DNA of 64,000 nucleotides, taken from the NCBI GenBank assembly GCA_964019335.1, contig OZ025718.1:124001-188000 (forward strand), in the 5' to 3' direction. The position numbers and the translations under genes are program-made. Shown piece after piece: positions 24,642-35,782 of this stretch. Positions within the stretch are counted from its first letter, which is position 1; every line of letters starts with the position of its first letter. The DNA comes from Diplonema japonicum (Eukaryota > Protista > Euglenozoa: Diplonemea). The notes under the pieces are model-generated. The model did not search any database, had not been told where the DNA came from, and saw only the letters and a list, made by a program, of their open reading frames with translations.

Positions 24642-25736
24642 CACAAAAAAAAAAAAAATACCTTGATAACAGCCAAACGAAGTTGGTTGATATCGGGCCC
24701 TGCCTGCCACCCATTAGGCCCGTAAGTAGGGGGGGAGATGGAAAGGCCAGCTGCGAGCTCAGCTTGGCTCTCCGACCGTTGATGTTGCTGCTGGTACGAA
24801 TGCGGAGGTTGAGGCTTCTTAGCAGGCGGGGAGGCGAAGACGTTGGGAGGCGGCTGCACAGGTGGCTGGTGAGCGGTGGCCGAGCTTGTATTAAAGATAG
24901 AAGGGCTGCTGGGTGTAGTCGGGAATGTACCCTGCCCTGTAGGGGTGGGAACAGGAGGTGGGACGCCGCTCTTTGCAACAGAAGGCGCTCTTCTCTCCAC
25001 CTTACCTACAACACTCCCCGGGGTTGACACCGGTGGCGGGATATCACTCTTCACCATTGTTACAACCTTCCCCACCGTGCTCCCTGGCGTGGGTACTGCA
25101 GGAGGCACCGAAGGTACCCTACCCACATTACTCCCAGGTGTGGGAACTGCAGGGGGTATCCCTGATGACTTACCCACACTGCTTCCTGGGGTAGGCACAG
25201 GTGGCGGAACATCTCGGCTAGGGGTTGACATCTCCGCAGGGGAGGAAACCTGTACACCATTCCCCACTGTTTCCTTTGGGTGCTTGAGTGTCTGCACTAT
25301 CTGTAAAGCAGCTTTCTTCGCTTCACATCTGTAGCCGTTGATAACAGTTCCCGTGGAGTTCCTGCTCAGAATCACAAGATCATTCTCTTCAGCCTTTTTT
25401 TTTTTTTTTTTTTTTTTTTGGTTCTTTTTTTTTATAATGGGGGGGACGTACCTGGACCGAATCCGGCTCTTTCGGGACTTCATTCTCGGACACCACTTCT
25501 CGGTCCTTCATGAGCATAACCTTGTCAAGAGCCCTGCCGCCTTGTCTTTGGCACACCACGCACAGGCCACTTACACCGGTTGTCTGTTGTGTGCGTGTTT
25601 TTTTTTTTCTTTTTTTTTGTCATACCACCCAAACGCTGTTTTGATCGTATTTTATTAGCTCCGCCCTGCCAAAGGGGCCTGTCACCTGCGTGACCAAGGG
25701 GTCGTGCTTCTTGGCAAAGGACAAATAATCATCCAT
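24517..25736 (-). CDS. DCP1: mRNA-decapping activator DCP1-like; exons 25626-25736, 25452-25583, 24662-25393, 24517-24594 (350 aa)
   Basis: Spliced N-terminus LSFAKKHDPLVTQV..KYDQNSVWVTTGVSGLCVVCQR..LSRNST resembles the Dcp1 EVH1 domain; Pro-rich linker; C-terminal INQLRLAVIKAAMSDSTSVCTL resembles the trimerisation helix. Confidence 0.7.
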
Positions 25737-25964
25737 ATTATAATTCATATTTCTTTTTTTTTTTTTTTTTCTTGTTTTCCTTCTTCCTCTTTTTTTTTTC
25801 TCTTTTTTTTCTTTTCCCTCCCCCCTCTTTTTTTATATAGGTCGCGTCTGGGTGTAAAAAAAAAAAAAAAGTTACTCCAACAACTTCTACGTGTCAAAAA
25901 GCAAAAACAAAACAAAACAAAAAACCCCCACCACCACCTTACTTTTACTAATTTTTTTATTCCA

Positions 25965-26381
25965 TTAAGGGGCTCTGTTAAGTCCAGCAAGAACATTGCG
26001 AGAAGTGTTGAAGACGAAGGCTGTAGAGATAAGCCGGGCTGCCGTGCGTGATGTTGGAGTCTCGACGCGGAGCTGGAGAAGGATCTCAGTAGCAAGACGG
26101 TCAGCAGCGTAGAAGAGCAGCACGTAGAGAGCTGACTGGGAGATGGAGGCTGCGTGGATGTGTGACGCAGAGAGCGGCAAGGGTTGAGCTTGCTGGACTA
26201 CCACAGTTTGCTGTACTGTTGTTGCTGCTAGAGCTGCTGGAGTTTCAGGTCTCAGCACTCTTTCAGCCACCCCGTATAATGGATGACTCTCCCCCCCGTC
26301 CAGTGCCCAGCCCACTGCTTTCAACAACACCCTCGTCTTCCACGGCCTCTCGGCACCCTCCCAGCTGGGGCGCGCAGCCAT
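25965..26381 (-). CDS. Hypothetical protein (138 aa)
   Basis: Coding-like composition; ATG follows a pyrimidine-rich CCCAG acceptor. Confidence 0.5.
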   Translation of the reverse strand: MAARPSWEGAERPWKTRVLLKAVGWALDGGESHPLYGVAERVLRPETPAALAATTVQQTVVVQQAQPLPLSASHIHAASISQSALYVLLFYAADRLATEILLQLRVETPTSRTAARLISTAFVFNTSRNVLAGLNRAP

Positions 26382-26517
26382 TTATTCAACTCGTTCTGGG
26401 AAACCAAAGAAATTTGCTTTTTCTCCAAACATCCTCAAGATCGTATAACTAACTTAAGGGGGAGGGGAAAAAGAAGGGGGGGGGGGGGGTGTGTAAATGT
26501 TGAGGATCAACTCACCC

Positions 26518-28464
26518 TCACTTCTGTGCGTAGCCCAGTATCAGCATTGAGAATTTTTCGTACCCGACTGTCTCCCCCACTGATTTTGCAAAGGCTTTCC
26601 TGTTGGGCTCCACCCCGTACTGGTCCAGGGTGTACCAGTAATCGAGAAACCTCTTGGCAGGGATTGTTGCCTGCTTTGTAGGGTTGAGCTTCTCCCACAG
26701 GGCGTTGATCTCCGCTTCCGTAACATTGACGCCAGGAGACGGGATGGAGTGGGCGAGGTACGGCTGAGGGGTTGGGAGAGGCATGTAGTAGCTTTCATGA
26801 GCTGCCTTGGGGACCTGCCGCGCCTCGGGGGGCATGATCATCGACTGCCAACTTGTGGCTTGTTCGCCAAGTGCTGTGACCCATCCGTGGTTTAGTATGA
26901 TCTGCCGCGTGGTGCCCTCCAGGCCGTGAAGGGTTTCAAGGTGCTTTCCCGTCTTCAGGTCCCAGCCCGTCACCATCCCTTCACACGCCCCGTACACCAC
27001 ACCGTGTGACGCCGCGACTGCTGTCACCGGCTTCGTCAAGGCACGCAGCGTTTGCAGGATCTGACCCTTTGTGAGCAGCTCGGAGATGTTCCGGTCAGCC
27101 GCCACAGCCAGCTCTCGGATCTGTGCGATCTCTTCTCGTTTTTTATCCACAGCCTCTTTTGCAAGCACCGCGGTCTCCGATTCATCAGCAAGCACATGTC
27201 TGTGGAGAGTCGACAGCCCACTCCAAAGCAGATCGGGCCTTGCGTCAAGACTGTTCCTGAAGAGGGTGTTCAGTGCAGGTGTGATCTCATCCCTAAGAAT
27301 GATGCCTTTGCTTGAACCGCCCAAACAGTCCAGCCCTTCGCGTCCCCTATCCAACCCTGCAGTGAGAAGCAATGACAACCCGAAGAATGGCTTCCGTGCC
27401 TCCTTTGCAGCCTTCACGATGTCTGACTCGTGTTCCTCAATCCTGCGGAGCTCTTCCAGTTCCGCCTCAGCTTGTGCTAGGATTGCGTTTAACGAGTTTG
27501 AGTCTTTCGAGGCCTCCAGCGACTCTGTGCTGCGTCCTTCTGTGAGCCATACCCGCACCTTCCCATCCTCGTGTCCCGTCACAAGCACTGTGCTGCACCG
27601 TTCTCGCAGAGACTTGTCCACTGTGGGCTCGTATTTGTACAGGCGCAGCGTCGTCACGTCAGGCGGGAAGACTTGTCCTTGCCATCCGGTAGCGAGGTCC
27701 CAAGAAATGCACCCGCCTTGGATAGGCTTTGACGGTTTGAAGGGTCTTCGGTTGTGCTTGATGTCGTCGGCAGTGGGGAGGGTTTCCGGGAGGGGGAACT
27801 CAGCTGGGTTCACAGCGGTAGAGGAATACGCGAACCCGTCAGGATGCACCACCAGGGAGGAGATGGCGTCCGTGAGGCCCTTCAGAATACGCTTGGGAGG
27901 ATTGCCTTCTTTGCGCTGCCAGAGGCAGACGTGGCCGTCGGACGAACCAGACACGATACATGGCTTGTTGAAGGCAGCAAGGTGGGGGACAGGCGCGGAC
28001 GAGACAGAGAAGACCCGAAGCAACGCACGGTTCCGCGCGTGCCACGCTATGATGTCCCCTCTCACGGTTGAGGTGTATATCTCATCAGGCATAACAAGAA
28101 GCGCAATGAGCCCGCCTCGTGCTGCGTCAAAAATGTGGACACATTCACCTCTGTCCCACTCCCTCATTGTCCCGTCGTGGGATATGGTAAAGGTTCTGCC
28201 ACCGTCGGGGCCGGTTAAGCTTCCTATCTCAGACACTAACTCGTCGTGGCGCCCATAGACGGCAACACACTCTGTCTCGTCTGTTGTGTCGCCTCTTCTC
28301 AGCTCGTACTCTCTCACCTCTCCATCCTCTGCACCGGTTATCAAGGCCGTTCTTTGAGCGCCCGTCCAAACCGGTGTGTGCAAGCAGCATATCCGTCCAC
28401 CTTCTACCTTCAGCCCCCGTGTTCTGTGAATGTGTACCAAGCACGGCTCAACTATCTTTGCCAT
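26518..28464 (-). CDS. WD40-repeat protein with C-terminal EF-hand-like region
   Basis: TGAEDGEVR, SHDGTMREWD, SGSSDGHVCLW, TGHEDGKVRVW, GWDLKTG. Confidence 0.85.
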   Translation of the reverse strand: MAKIVEPCLVHIHRTRGLKVEGGRICCLHTPVWTGAQRTALITGAEDGEVREYELRRGDTTDETECVAVYGRHDELVSEIGSLTGPDGGRTFTISHDGTMREWDRGECVHIFDAARGGLIALLVMPDEIYTSTVRGDIIAWHARNRALLRVFSVSSAPVPHLAAFNKPCIVSGSSDGHVCLWQRKEGNPPKRILKGLTDAISSLVVHPDGFAYSSTAVNPAEFPLPETLPTADDIKHNRRPFKPSKPIQGGCISWDLATGWQGQVFPPDVTTLRLYKYEPTVDKSLRERCSTVLVTGHEDGKVRVWLTEGRSTESLEASKDSNSLNAILAQAEAELEELRRIEEHESDIVKAAKEARKPFFGLSLLLTAGLDRGREGLDCLGGSSKGIILRDEITPALNTLFRNSLDARPDLLWSGLSTLHRHVLADESETAVLAKEAVDKKREEIAQIRELAVAADRNISELLTKGQILQTLRALTKPVTAVAASHGVVYGACEGMVTGWDLKTGKHLETLHGLEGTTRQIILNHGWVTALGEQATSWQSMIMPPEARQVPKAAHESYYMPLPTPQPYLAHSIPSPGVNVTEAEINALWEKLNPTKQATIPAKRFLDYWYTLDQYGVEPNRKAFAKSVGETVGYEKFSMLILGYAQK

Positions 28465-28903
28465 TTTTGTTATTATCTTTTTTGTGTAAAATAAGAGGGG
28501 GGAGAAGGAAAAGAAAAAGCTGCCCTGGGTGGTGTGAAGAAAATTTCACCGGGAGAAGAAAAAAAAAAAGGAAAAAAAATAGAATGTATGAGTTTAAGGA
28601 GGTCTTTTTGTGAAAACGCCTGTTTCTCATCTAACCCCCTTTCTTTTAACGTCAAAAGGTAACGCCACAAGTCACAACGGCGCTCAGCACGACCCCATCC
28701 ACAGTCCCAAAGTGTGCCATAAAACACATGGGGTGTATGTGGGTAAAAAAAAAATGCTAGAATACAGCATTTTCTTCCTCTCCCCTCTTTCTCTTTCTCC
28801 CTTTCCCCCTTTTAATGTAAATTAGAAGGAGAAAGGACACCTTCTTATCCTTGCGTTTGAACGGTGGGGGGGGAGGAGACAGAATCTTCTTGTGTCTCTC
28901 TCA

Positions 28904-29683
28904 TCACCTGCCTCTGCGCACCATACGTGGCGTTGCTGTGGCAAGCGGTGTGTGGGGAATATCGAGAAGAAGCTGCTTTTGCTGATCAAGTTTTTGACGA
29001 AGCTGTTTGGGAAAAAAAAAAAAAAAAAAAGTTTTTTATTTTTTCCCCCCACCACGGAATTTCACACTTTATACTCTTCATGCTCAAGACGTGCGGCTTC
29101 TTTCGCCATATCACTGGCAGCAGTTTTGTTCGAGTTGACCTTTCGAACTGCGGTTTCGACGACAGCACTTTTCTTGTCGCGGACTTTATTCTCGAAGAAT
29201 GATTGTTGGTGTTCTTTGGCGATTTCGCGTTGTTCCCGTGCTTGTGCGGCACGTAGGGAGATGTCTTGTTCTCTTCTTTGCCGCATTAGGCCTTCGTTCA
29301 GCCTTTTTTCCTTCACCCGCTCCTCTACTCTGTTCACCACTGCGGTGTCGAGGTCGTCCTGTATCCGTTGCCGCCTCCCTACACCCGTTTCCTTGTCCTC
29401 CTTCGCCCTGTTGGTGAGCTCTGTGACGTACTCTTGGCTAGCTTTGCTATACCGCAGTTTTGTCCTTTCCCACGATATCTTGTCCTTTGTGATGTCGTTT
29501 TTCTTTTTGACGAACAGCTCTTCCATCCTGTCCCTTGCTCTTTCTTTTCTGTCCCGCTCGTAGTTTCTTAACTGTTGCTTCTCCGTCTTGCTTTGTTCAT
29601 CGTAGTTAAACTTCCTCTGACGATCGACCTCTTTCAGTTCCGTTACCTGTCGCTTCTGGTCCAAGGCTCTTTGGTAGACAGCC

Positions 29684-29723
<40 letters not shown>

Positions 29724-29958
29724 GAATTCTTTTTTTTTTTTTGTATACTTTTCTCAGCTGTATCGAGACCTTTGCTTCCTCGCTCTGCAGCATGGCTAGT
29801 CTTGCCTTCACGCCCGTGTAGTGGTCCAGCGCTTTTTTTTTCTCGGTGTCGTACTTGACTAGCTCTTTCCCCAGCCCGATGTCATGCTCGCCGTAGTTCG
29901 GCCGCTCCACCCGGACAGGTCTTTTATGCGAAGGGAACAGCGATGCTACGGGTGGCAT
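28904..29958 (-). CDS. Coiled-coil protein; 2 introns
   Basis: E/K/R/Q-rich heptads; in-frame poly(A) intron about 29686-29745; second intron joins EEYK|LRQKLDQQ. Confidence 0.75.
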
Positions 29959-30146
29959 TTCTTTTTTTTTTTTCTTTTTTCTTTTTTTCTCCCACACCCT
30001 CTCTCCCACTTTCCCTCTCCCCCTTTTTTTTTTCTTTTTCTTTTTTTTTGCTCCCTGGATACAAATAAAAAAAAAAAAAAAAAAAAAAAAAACAAGGGGG
30101 AAAAAAAAAAAAAAAAAAACCTTTCTATTTTTTTTTTCTTCCATTC

Positions 30147-31016
30147 TCACCCCAGCTCCAAAGAAGTTATCCCGAACACCATGCTGCTGGGGAACTCGGG
30201 AGGGACACCCCTGTACATCCTATGTGTCTCACAAGTGCATGGCATCCCCATCTCTCCGAAGGTTCTAACGGCGTCTTTATTAACGGAAGGGACGTCTATG
30301 TATAAGTGCTCAGAAGCAGGAACATGGGTGGCAACTGCTGAGTAAAGGCGTAAGGCGTGGTGGGGGTTGGACGCTGTCAAAGGACCTATGCGGTGGCCAT
30401 CAACAACCTTACGGCTTGCTACGAACCCTGCGATATCTCCTGACTCGTCAAAGGCAACGAAACAATGCGAAGAGGGAAGGGACACCCATGTCTTGAGAAA
30501 TGAGTCTCGTTCTGGCCAGAACCTAGCGTCATGCGCTACGACTGCCGCCCATGGCACAGCGTCCACAGGAACAATTTTGTCAGGAAGGGGTAGAGGTGCT
30601 GACCCTGAGGCTAGTCTACCGCGGCCTTGTAGTCTGTTGTTTTTCCACATTGCATGGAAGCCGTATCCTTCATATCTTTTCTTCTGTTCAGTAACAGCGT
30701 CTAAGCCCACTGACGAGTACCCGTCCACTCTCGGTAGCGCCTTTCCCCATGTTTCTACGCCGTGTCCTTTCCCACGGTGGCCTTCCTTGACTATGAAAAA
30801 ACCGATAAAGGCTAGTTTCGTGCTGTGTTTCACTACACTTATGCAGCTCACCGGTTCTCCGTCCAGAAACCCGGCTAGAAACCCTTCTTTATCTACGTTG
30901 TGAAATGCGGTGATGTCGTCCAGACCATTATTCCATTGTTCTTTATTTGCCCATTTGGCGTGTATTGCCCGAGCCCCCTCTAAGGTCACCGGACGGAGTT
31001 CCAAGCGATGTGCCAT
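30147..31016 (-). CDS. GNAT-family acetyltransferase (bacterial tandem-GNAT type)
   Basis: FIGFFIVKEGHRGKGHG acetyl-CoA motif, GLDAV, YEGYGF, RIGPL, FGITSLELG ending; intronless. Confidence 0.85.
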   Translation of the reverse strand: MAHRLELRPVTLEGARAIHAKWANKEQWNNGLDDITAFHNVDKEGFLAGFLDGEPVSCISVVKHSTKLAFIGFFIVKEGHRGKGHGVETWGKALPRVDGYSSVGLDAVTEQKKRYEGYGFHAMWKNNRLQGRGRLASGSAPLPLPDKIVPVDAVPWAAVVAHDARFWPERDSFLKTWVSLPSSHCFVAFDESGDIAGFVASRKVVDGHRIGPLTASNPHHALRLYSAVATHVPASEHLYIDVPSVNKDAVRTFGEMGMPCTCETHRMYRGVPPEFPSSMVFGITSLELG

Positions 31017-31580
31017 GCGCTCCACACCTCCTTTTCCTTTTTTTTTTTTCCCCCTCATTTCAAATTTTTTGTAAGAAATAAAAAAAAAAATAAAAATAAC
31101 AAGAGCAAAGGAAAAGAAAGGATTGCGTGTGGAGGGCAGGGGGAGGAGGGCAAGAGTGCCCCCCCCCCCCCCCCCCCTCCGTTTTTTCTTTTTTTTTTCT
31201 CTTCTTTTTCTTCTTAGAAAAGAAATAGTTATAAAAATGTTTTTTTCTTCGCAAGCAACATTTTATAAAAGACCCCCCCCCCCACAAAGAAAGAAATCCA
31301 CTAGGATAGGAAACGAAGTAGTTAGCAACGGCCCACCAAAAAGAGAATGGCGTTCCTTAATAAAAAGAATGGAGGGAAAGGAAGGCCTTCGAACGGCTCA
31401 CCATTTCCCCCAAAAAAAGAAATGGAAAGTAAATAAAAAAAGAGGAACTGGACGTTGTTCGTACGTGCCAGGGTTAAAATAAGAATAAAAAAAAAAAGAA
31501 GAGACTTTTATTTATTTTTCATTCTTATCCAAAAGAAAAGAGAGGGGTTTATTTTTTGTTGTATTTTCTTCTTCAAATAC

Positions 31581-32238
31581 TCACGCCTTGAACACAGCGT
31601 GGACACCGGTCGCGTCCTTGTAGTAGTTCTTCACCTGAGGGAGGTTTGCGATCTTCTCAGCGTGCTTGCAGATGTTTGCGTACTTGTCAAGGCAGTCCTT
31701 GGGCATCCCGTCCAACCACCCAGCCTTGAGAGGCTGCAGCCAGGTGAAGGTGCAGATGTCAGCAAGAGTGAAGGAGTCACCAACAGCGAACCCAGAGGAC
31801 GACTTACCAAGAAGGTCGTTCACGAAAACGAGCCACTTGGTGATGCCACCATCCTCTGCAACAAGGGCAGTCCTTGCGGCCGCCTTCTCAGCCTCGTCAG
31901 TGATGCTGAAGGTCGACCCGAGGGGCCCGAAGGTCTCGGCAACAATGTCGCAGAACTCGTCCACCTTGAGAGCCTCCAGAGCGTCAGTGGGGTACAAGGG
32001 CTTCCCGTCCACCGAGGCAAGCTTGGCCGCGTACTTCATCTGTGCACCGCTCTGGCCAATCGCCTCACCGTCTACGTACATAAGAGGCATCTGCCTGGGT
32101 GCAACGGTGGGCTTCACCTTGGAGGCCCAGTCCGCGCCGGAGATCCTCTCGTCCTCAAAAGCGATCCCGCCGACAGCGAGAGCGAGACGCGAAGGTTCGG
32201 CACGGCGGGGGCGGGGAAGTAAAGGATCTTGCGGGCAT
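31581..32238 (-). pseudogene. Glutathione S-transferase copy 1, frameshifted at the 5' end
   Basis: Body matches copies 2 and 3 but is 658 nt versus 663 nt (4-nt and 1-nt deletions near the ATG). Confidence 0.7.
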
Positions 32239-33387
32239 TCTTTTTTTCTCTTCTTTTTTCTTTTTTGTGTGGCTGTGAAAAAAAGAAATTCACTATGATA
32301 GGAACGAAGTGGTTAGCAACGGCCCGCCGCGGTGGCGTGCCTACCTTATGATGCTCCCCTTTTGGGGTCATTCCCTGCTACCCACCGTAGTGCCTAGCTG
32401 TCGTTTATATCTTCCAATCCTTTCTTTCCGGTAATCTTCTCTCAGTCCTTTCAGCTGTCGCCGTCAGCCCCGATGCAAACAGGGCCCTTCTATCAAAGCC
32501 AACGACGTAACTCTCACGCTCTTGCATGACTAAAGAAAAAACATTCTTTACCATTAAAAGGACCATCGACTTTTTTAATTTTCTAATATTAAAAACATCC
32601 TCGAGCAAAGCAACTATAGAAAGACACTTGTGACCTTTGTGGGGAAAACCGACCTGAGCAGGACTTCCGAGGGCAAACAGATCAGCAGATTCCTAATATG
32701 GATGGATGCGCTGCGCAACCTAGGCTGCTTCAGGTGCTTTCTTAACGAGGACGAGAACTCTCGTGAAACAGATTGTCAGACCACTTGTTCGACCGGACAT
32801 AGGAACTAGACTCCTTTTGGGAGGCCTGTCCTGGTACGACAGATGCGCCTCGGTTTTGGAGAGTCTCTGGCCTCGCAGAAAGACTTCCCCTGCCTGGAGG
32901 AATTAAGCGGGACGGAGCTCTAAGCGATGTGAGGCCATGCACCCCCTTTTTATATTTTTCTTTTTCCTCTTCCTCCCAGTGGAGGTGATGATTTGCAAGA
33001 AATAAAAAAAAAATTAAAAACTAAAATATATAAAAAAAAAAAAGAACAAGAGGAAAGGAAAGGTTTTTGTGTGGGGAGGAGGGCAAGAGTTGGCTTTTTT
33101 TAATTCTTTTTTATAAAAATGCTTCTTTTCTCAAGCTACATTTTATAAATGAATATTAAAAAGCTCCCCCCCCCCCCCCCACGAAAGAAAAAAGAAAGGC
33201 GTTAATAAAAAGAATGGAGGGAAAGGAAGCCTTCGAGCGGCTAACCATTTCCCCCAAAAAGGGGGAAGTAAATAATAAAAAATAATGTTTTAAATAAAAA
33301 GAGCGTTTTTTTTTTTTTTCTTTTTCCTTCTTATCCAAAAGAAAAAGAGGGCTTTTAGTTTCTTTTTTCTTTTTAAATTTTAAATAC

Positions 33388-34050
33388 TCACGCCTTGAAC
33401 ACAGCGTGGACACCGGTCGCGTCCTTGTAGTAGTTCTTCACCTGAGGGAGGTTTGCGATCTTCTCAGCGTGCTTGCAGATGTTTGCGTACTTGTCAAGGC
33501 AGTCCTTGGGCATCCCGTCCAACCACCCAGCCTTGAGAGGCTGCAGCCAGGTGAAGGTGCAGATGTCAGCAAGAGTGAAGGAGTCACCAACAGCGAACCC
33601 AGAGGACGACTTACCAAGAAGGTCGTTCACGAAAACGAGCCACTTGGTGATGCCACCATCCTCTGCAACAAGGGCAGTCCTTGCGGCCGCCTTCTCAGCC
33701 TCGTCAGTGATGCTGAAGGTCGACCCGAGGGGCCCGAAGGTCTCGGCAACAATGTCGCAGAACTCGTCCACCTTGAGAGCCTCCAGAGCGTCAGTGGGGT
33801 ACAAGGGCTTCCCGTCCACCGAGGCAAGCTTGGCCGCGTACTTCATCTGTGCACCGCTCTGGCCAATCGCCTCACCGTCTACGTACATAAGAGGCATCTG
33901 CCTGGGTGCAACGGTGGGCTTCACCTTGGAGGCCCAGTCCGCGCCGGAGATCCTCTCGTCCTCAAAAGCGATCCCGCCGACAGCGAGAGCAAGACGCGCA
34001 GGCTCGGCACGGCCGGGGAGGGGGAAGTAAAGGATCTTGATGGCGGGCAT
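33388..34050 (-). CDS. Glutathione S-transferase (sigma-like) copy 2
   Basis: LYFPLPGRAEPARL, FEDER, QMP, IGQS, VGDSFTLAD. Confidence 0.92.
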   Translation of the reverse strand: MPAIKILYFPLPGRAEPARLALAVGGIAFEDERISGADWASKVKPTVAPRQMPLMYVDGEAIGQSGAQMKYAAKLASVDGKPLYPTDALEALKVDEFCDIVAETFGPLGSTFSITDEAEKAAARTALVAEDGGITKWLVFVNDLLGKSSSGFAVGDSFTLADICTFTWLQPLKAGWLDGMPKDCLDKYANICKHAEKIANLPQVKNYYKDATGVHAVFKA

Positions 34051-34360
34051 CTTGAGTATTTTCTTTTTTTTTCTTTGTGTGGCTGTGGAAAAAGAGGAAC
34101 TGGCCGTTGTTTGTACGTGCCGGGTAAAACCTGGAGAAGTTTGTCAACCCGAAACGCGTTGCCAACGTTTTGTTTAGACAAGTCAAAGACTCGTTCTTGC
34201 AAAAAAAAAAAAAAAACATTCTTAACCATTAAAAGCATCGGTCTTTTATGGGCACGTGCTCTAGGGACAGGGTGCTGTGGCGCTTCCTTCCCTTCCCCTG
34301 TGAAGCAGGGAGCTCCAAAGCGATCCAAGGCGGGGAGGATCTCTTCCAGACCTCTGCAGT

Positions 34361-34440
34361 CTTCTTTATTTGCCCATTTGGCGTGTATTGCCCGAGCCCC
34401 CTCTAAGGTCACCGGACGGAGTTCCAAGCGATGTGCCATG
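34361..34440 (-). pseudogene. Duplicated 5' fragment of the GNAT gene
   Basis: Matches about 30939-31016 (MAHRLELRPVTLEGARAIHAKWANKE), then diverges into unrelated sequence. Confidence 0.8.
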
Positions 34441-35017
34441 CGCTCCACACCTCCTTTTCCTTTTTTTTTTTTTTTTTTTTTTTTCCCCTCATTTCAAATT
34501 TTTTGTAAGAAATAAAAAAAAAATAAAAATAACAAGAGCAAAGGAAAAGAAAGGATTGCGTGTGGAGGGCAGGGGGAGGAGGGCAAGAGTGCCCCCCCCC
34601 CCCCCCCCCCCTCCGTTTTTTCTTTTTTTTTTCTCTTCTTTTTCTTCTTAGAAAAGAAATAGTTATAAAAATGTTTTTTTCTTCGCAAGCAACATTTTAT
34701 AAAAGACCCCCCCCCCCCCCACAAAGAAAGAAATCCACTAGGATAGGAAACGAAGTAGTTAGCAACGGCCCACCAAAAAGAGAATGGCGTTCCTTAATAA
34801 AAAGAATGGAGGGAAAGGAAGGCCTTCGAACGGCTCACCATTTCCCCCAAAAAAAGAAATGGAAAGTAAATAAAAAAAGAGGAACTGGACGTTGTTCGTA
34901 CGTGCCAGGGTTAAAATAAGAATAAAAAAAAAAAGAAGAGACTTTTATTTATTTTTCATTCTTATCCAAAAGAAAAGAGAGGGGTTTATTTTTTGTTGTA
35001 TTTTCTTCTTCAAATAC

Positions 35018-35680
35018 TCACGCCTTGAACACAGCGTGGACACCGGTCGCGTCCTTGTAGTAGTTCTTCACCTGAGGGAGGTTTGCGATCTTCTCAGCGT
35101 GCTTGCAGATGTTTGCGTACTTGTCAAGGCAGTCCTTGGGCATCCCGTCCAACCACCCAGCCTTGAGAGGCTGCAGCCAGGTGAAGGTGCAGATGTCAGC
35201 AAGAGTGAAGGAGTCACCAACAGCGAACCCAGAGGACGACTTACCAAGAAGGTCGTTCACGAAAACGAGCCACTTGGTGATGCCACCATCCTCTGCAACA
35301 AGGGCAGTCCTTGCGGCCGCCTTCTCAGCCTCGTCAGTGATGCTGAAGGTCGACCCGAGGGGCCCGAAGGTCTCGGCAACAATGTCGCAGAACTCGTCCA
35401 CCTTGAGAGCCTCCAGAGCGTCAGTGGGGTACAAGGGCTTCCCGTCCACCGAGGCAAGCTTGGCCGCGTACTTCATCTGTGCACCGCTCTGGCCAATCGC
35501 CTCACCGTCTACGTACATAAGAGGCATCTGCCTGGGTGCAACGGTGGGCTTCACCTTGGAGGCCCAGTCCGCGCCGGAGATCTTCTCGTCCTCAAAAGCG
35601 ATCCCGCCGACAGCGAGAGCGAGACGTGCAGGCTCGGCACGGCCGGGGACGGGGAAGTAAAGGATCTTGATGGCGGGCAT
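35018..35680 (-). CDS. Glutathione S-transferase (sigma-like) copy 3
   Basis: 220 aa, differs from copy 2 at 2 residues. Confidence 0.92.
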   Translation of the reverse strand: MPAIKILYFPVPGRAEPARLALAVGGIAFEDEKISGADWASKVKPTVAPRQMPLMYVDGEAIGQSGAQMKYAAKLASVDGKPLYPTDALEALKVDEFCDIVAETFGPLGSTFSITDEAEKAAARTALVAEDGGITKWLVFVNDLLGKSSSGFAVGDSFTLADICTFTWLQPLKAGWLDGMPKDCLDKYANICKHAEKIANLPQVKNYYKDATGVHAVFKA

Positions 35681-35782
35681 CTTGAGTATTCTTTTTATTT
35701 TAATTTTCTTTTGTGGCTGTGAAAAGATAAAAAAATTTTAAAAAAAAACCTTAAAAAAAGAAATCCCATAAAAAAAAAAAAA

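Noticed and set aside
25872-25967. Possible TAA read-through after the 138-aa ORF (frame continues across a GT-AG segment to KLLE*)
   Set aside because: TAA, TAG and TGA all act as normal stops in neighbouring conserved genes; a single case is insufficient
32321-32342. GGCCCGCCGCGGTGGCGTGCCT, similar to the 7SL/Alu 5' end
   Set aside because: Short GC-rich match with no downstream SRP RNA motifs
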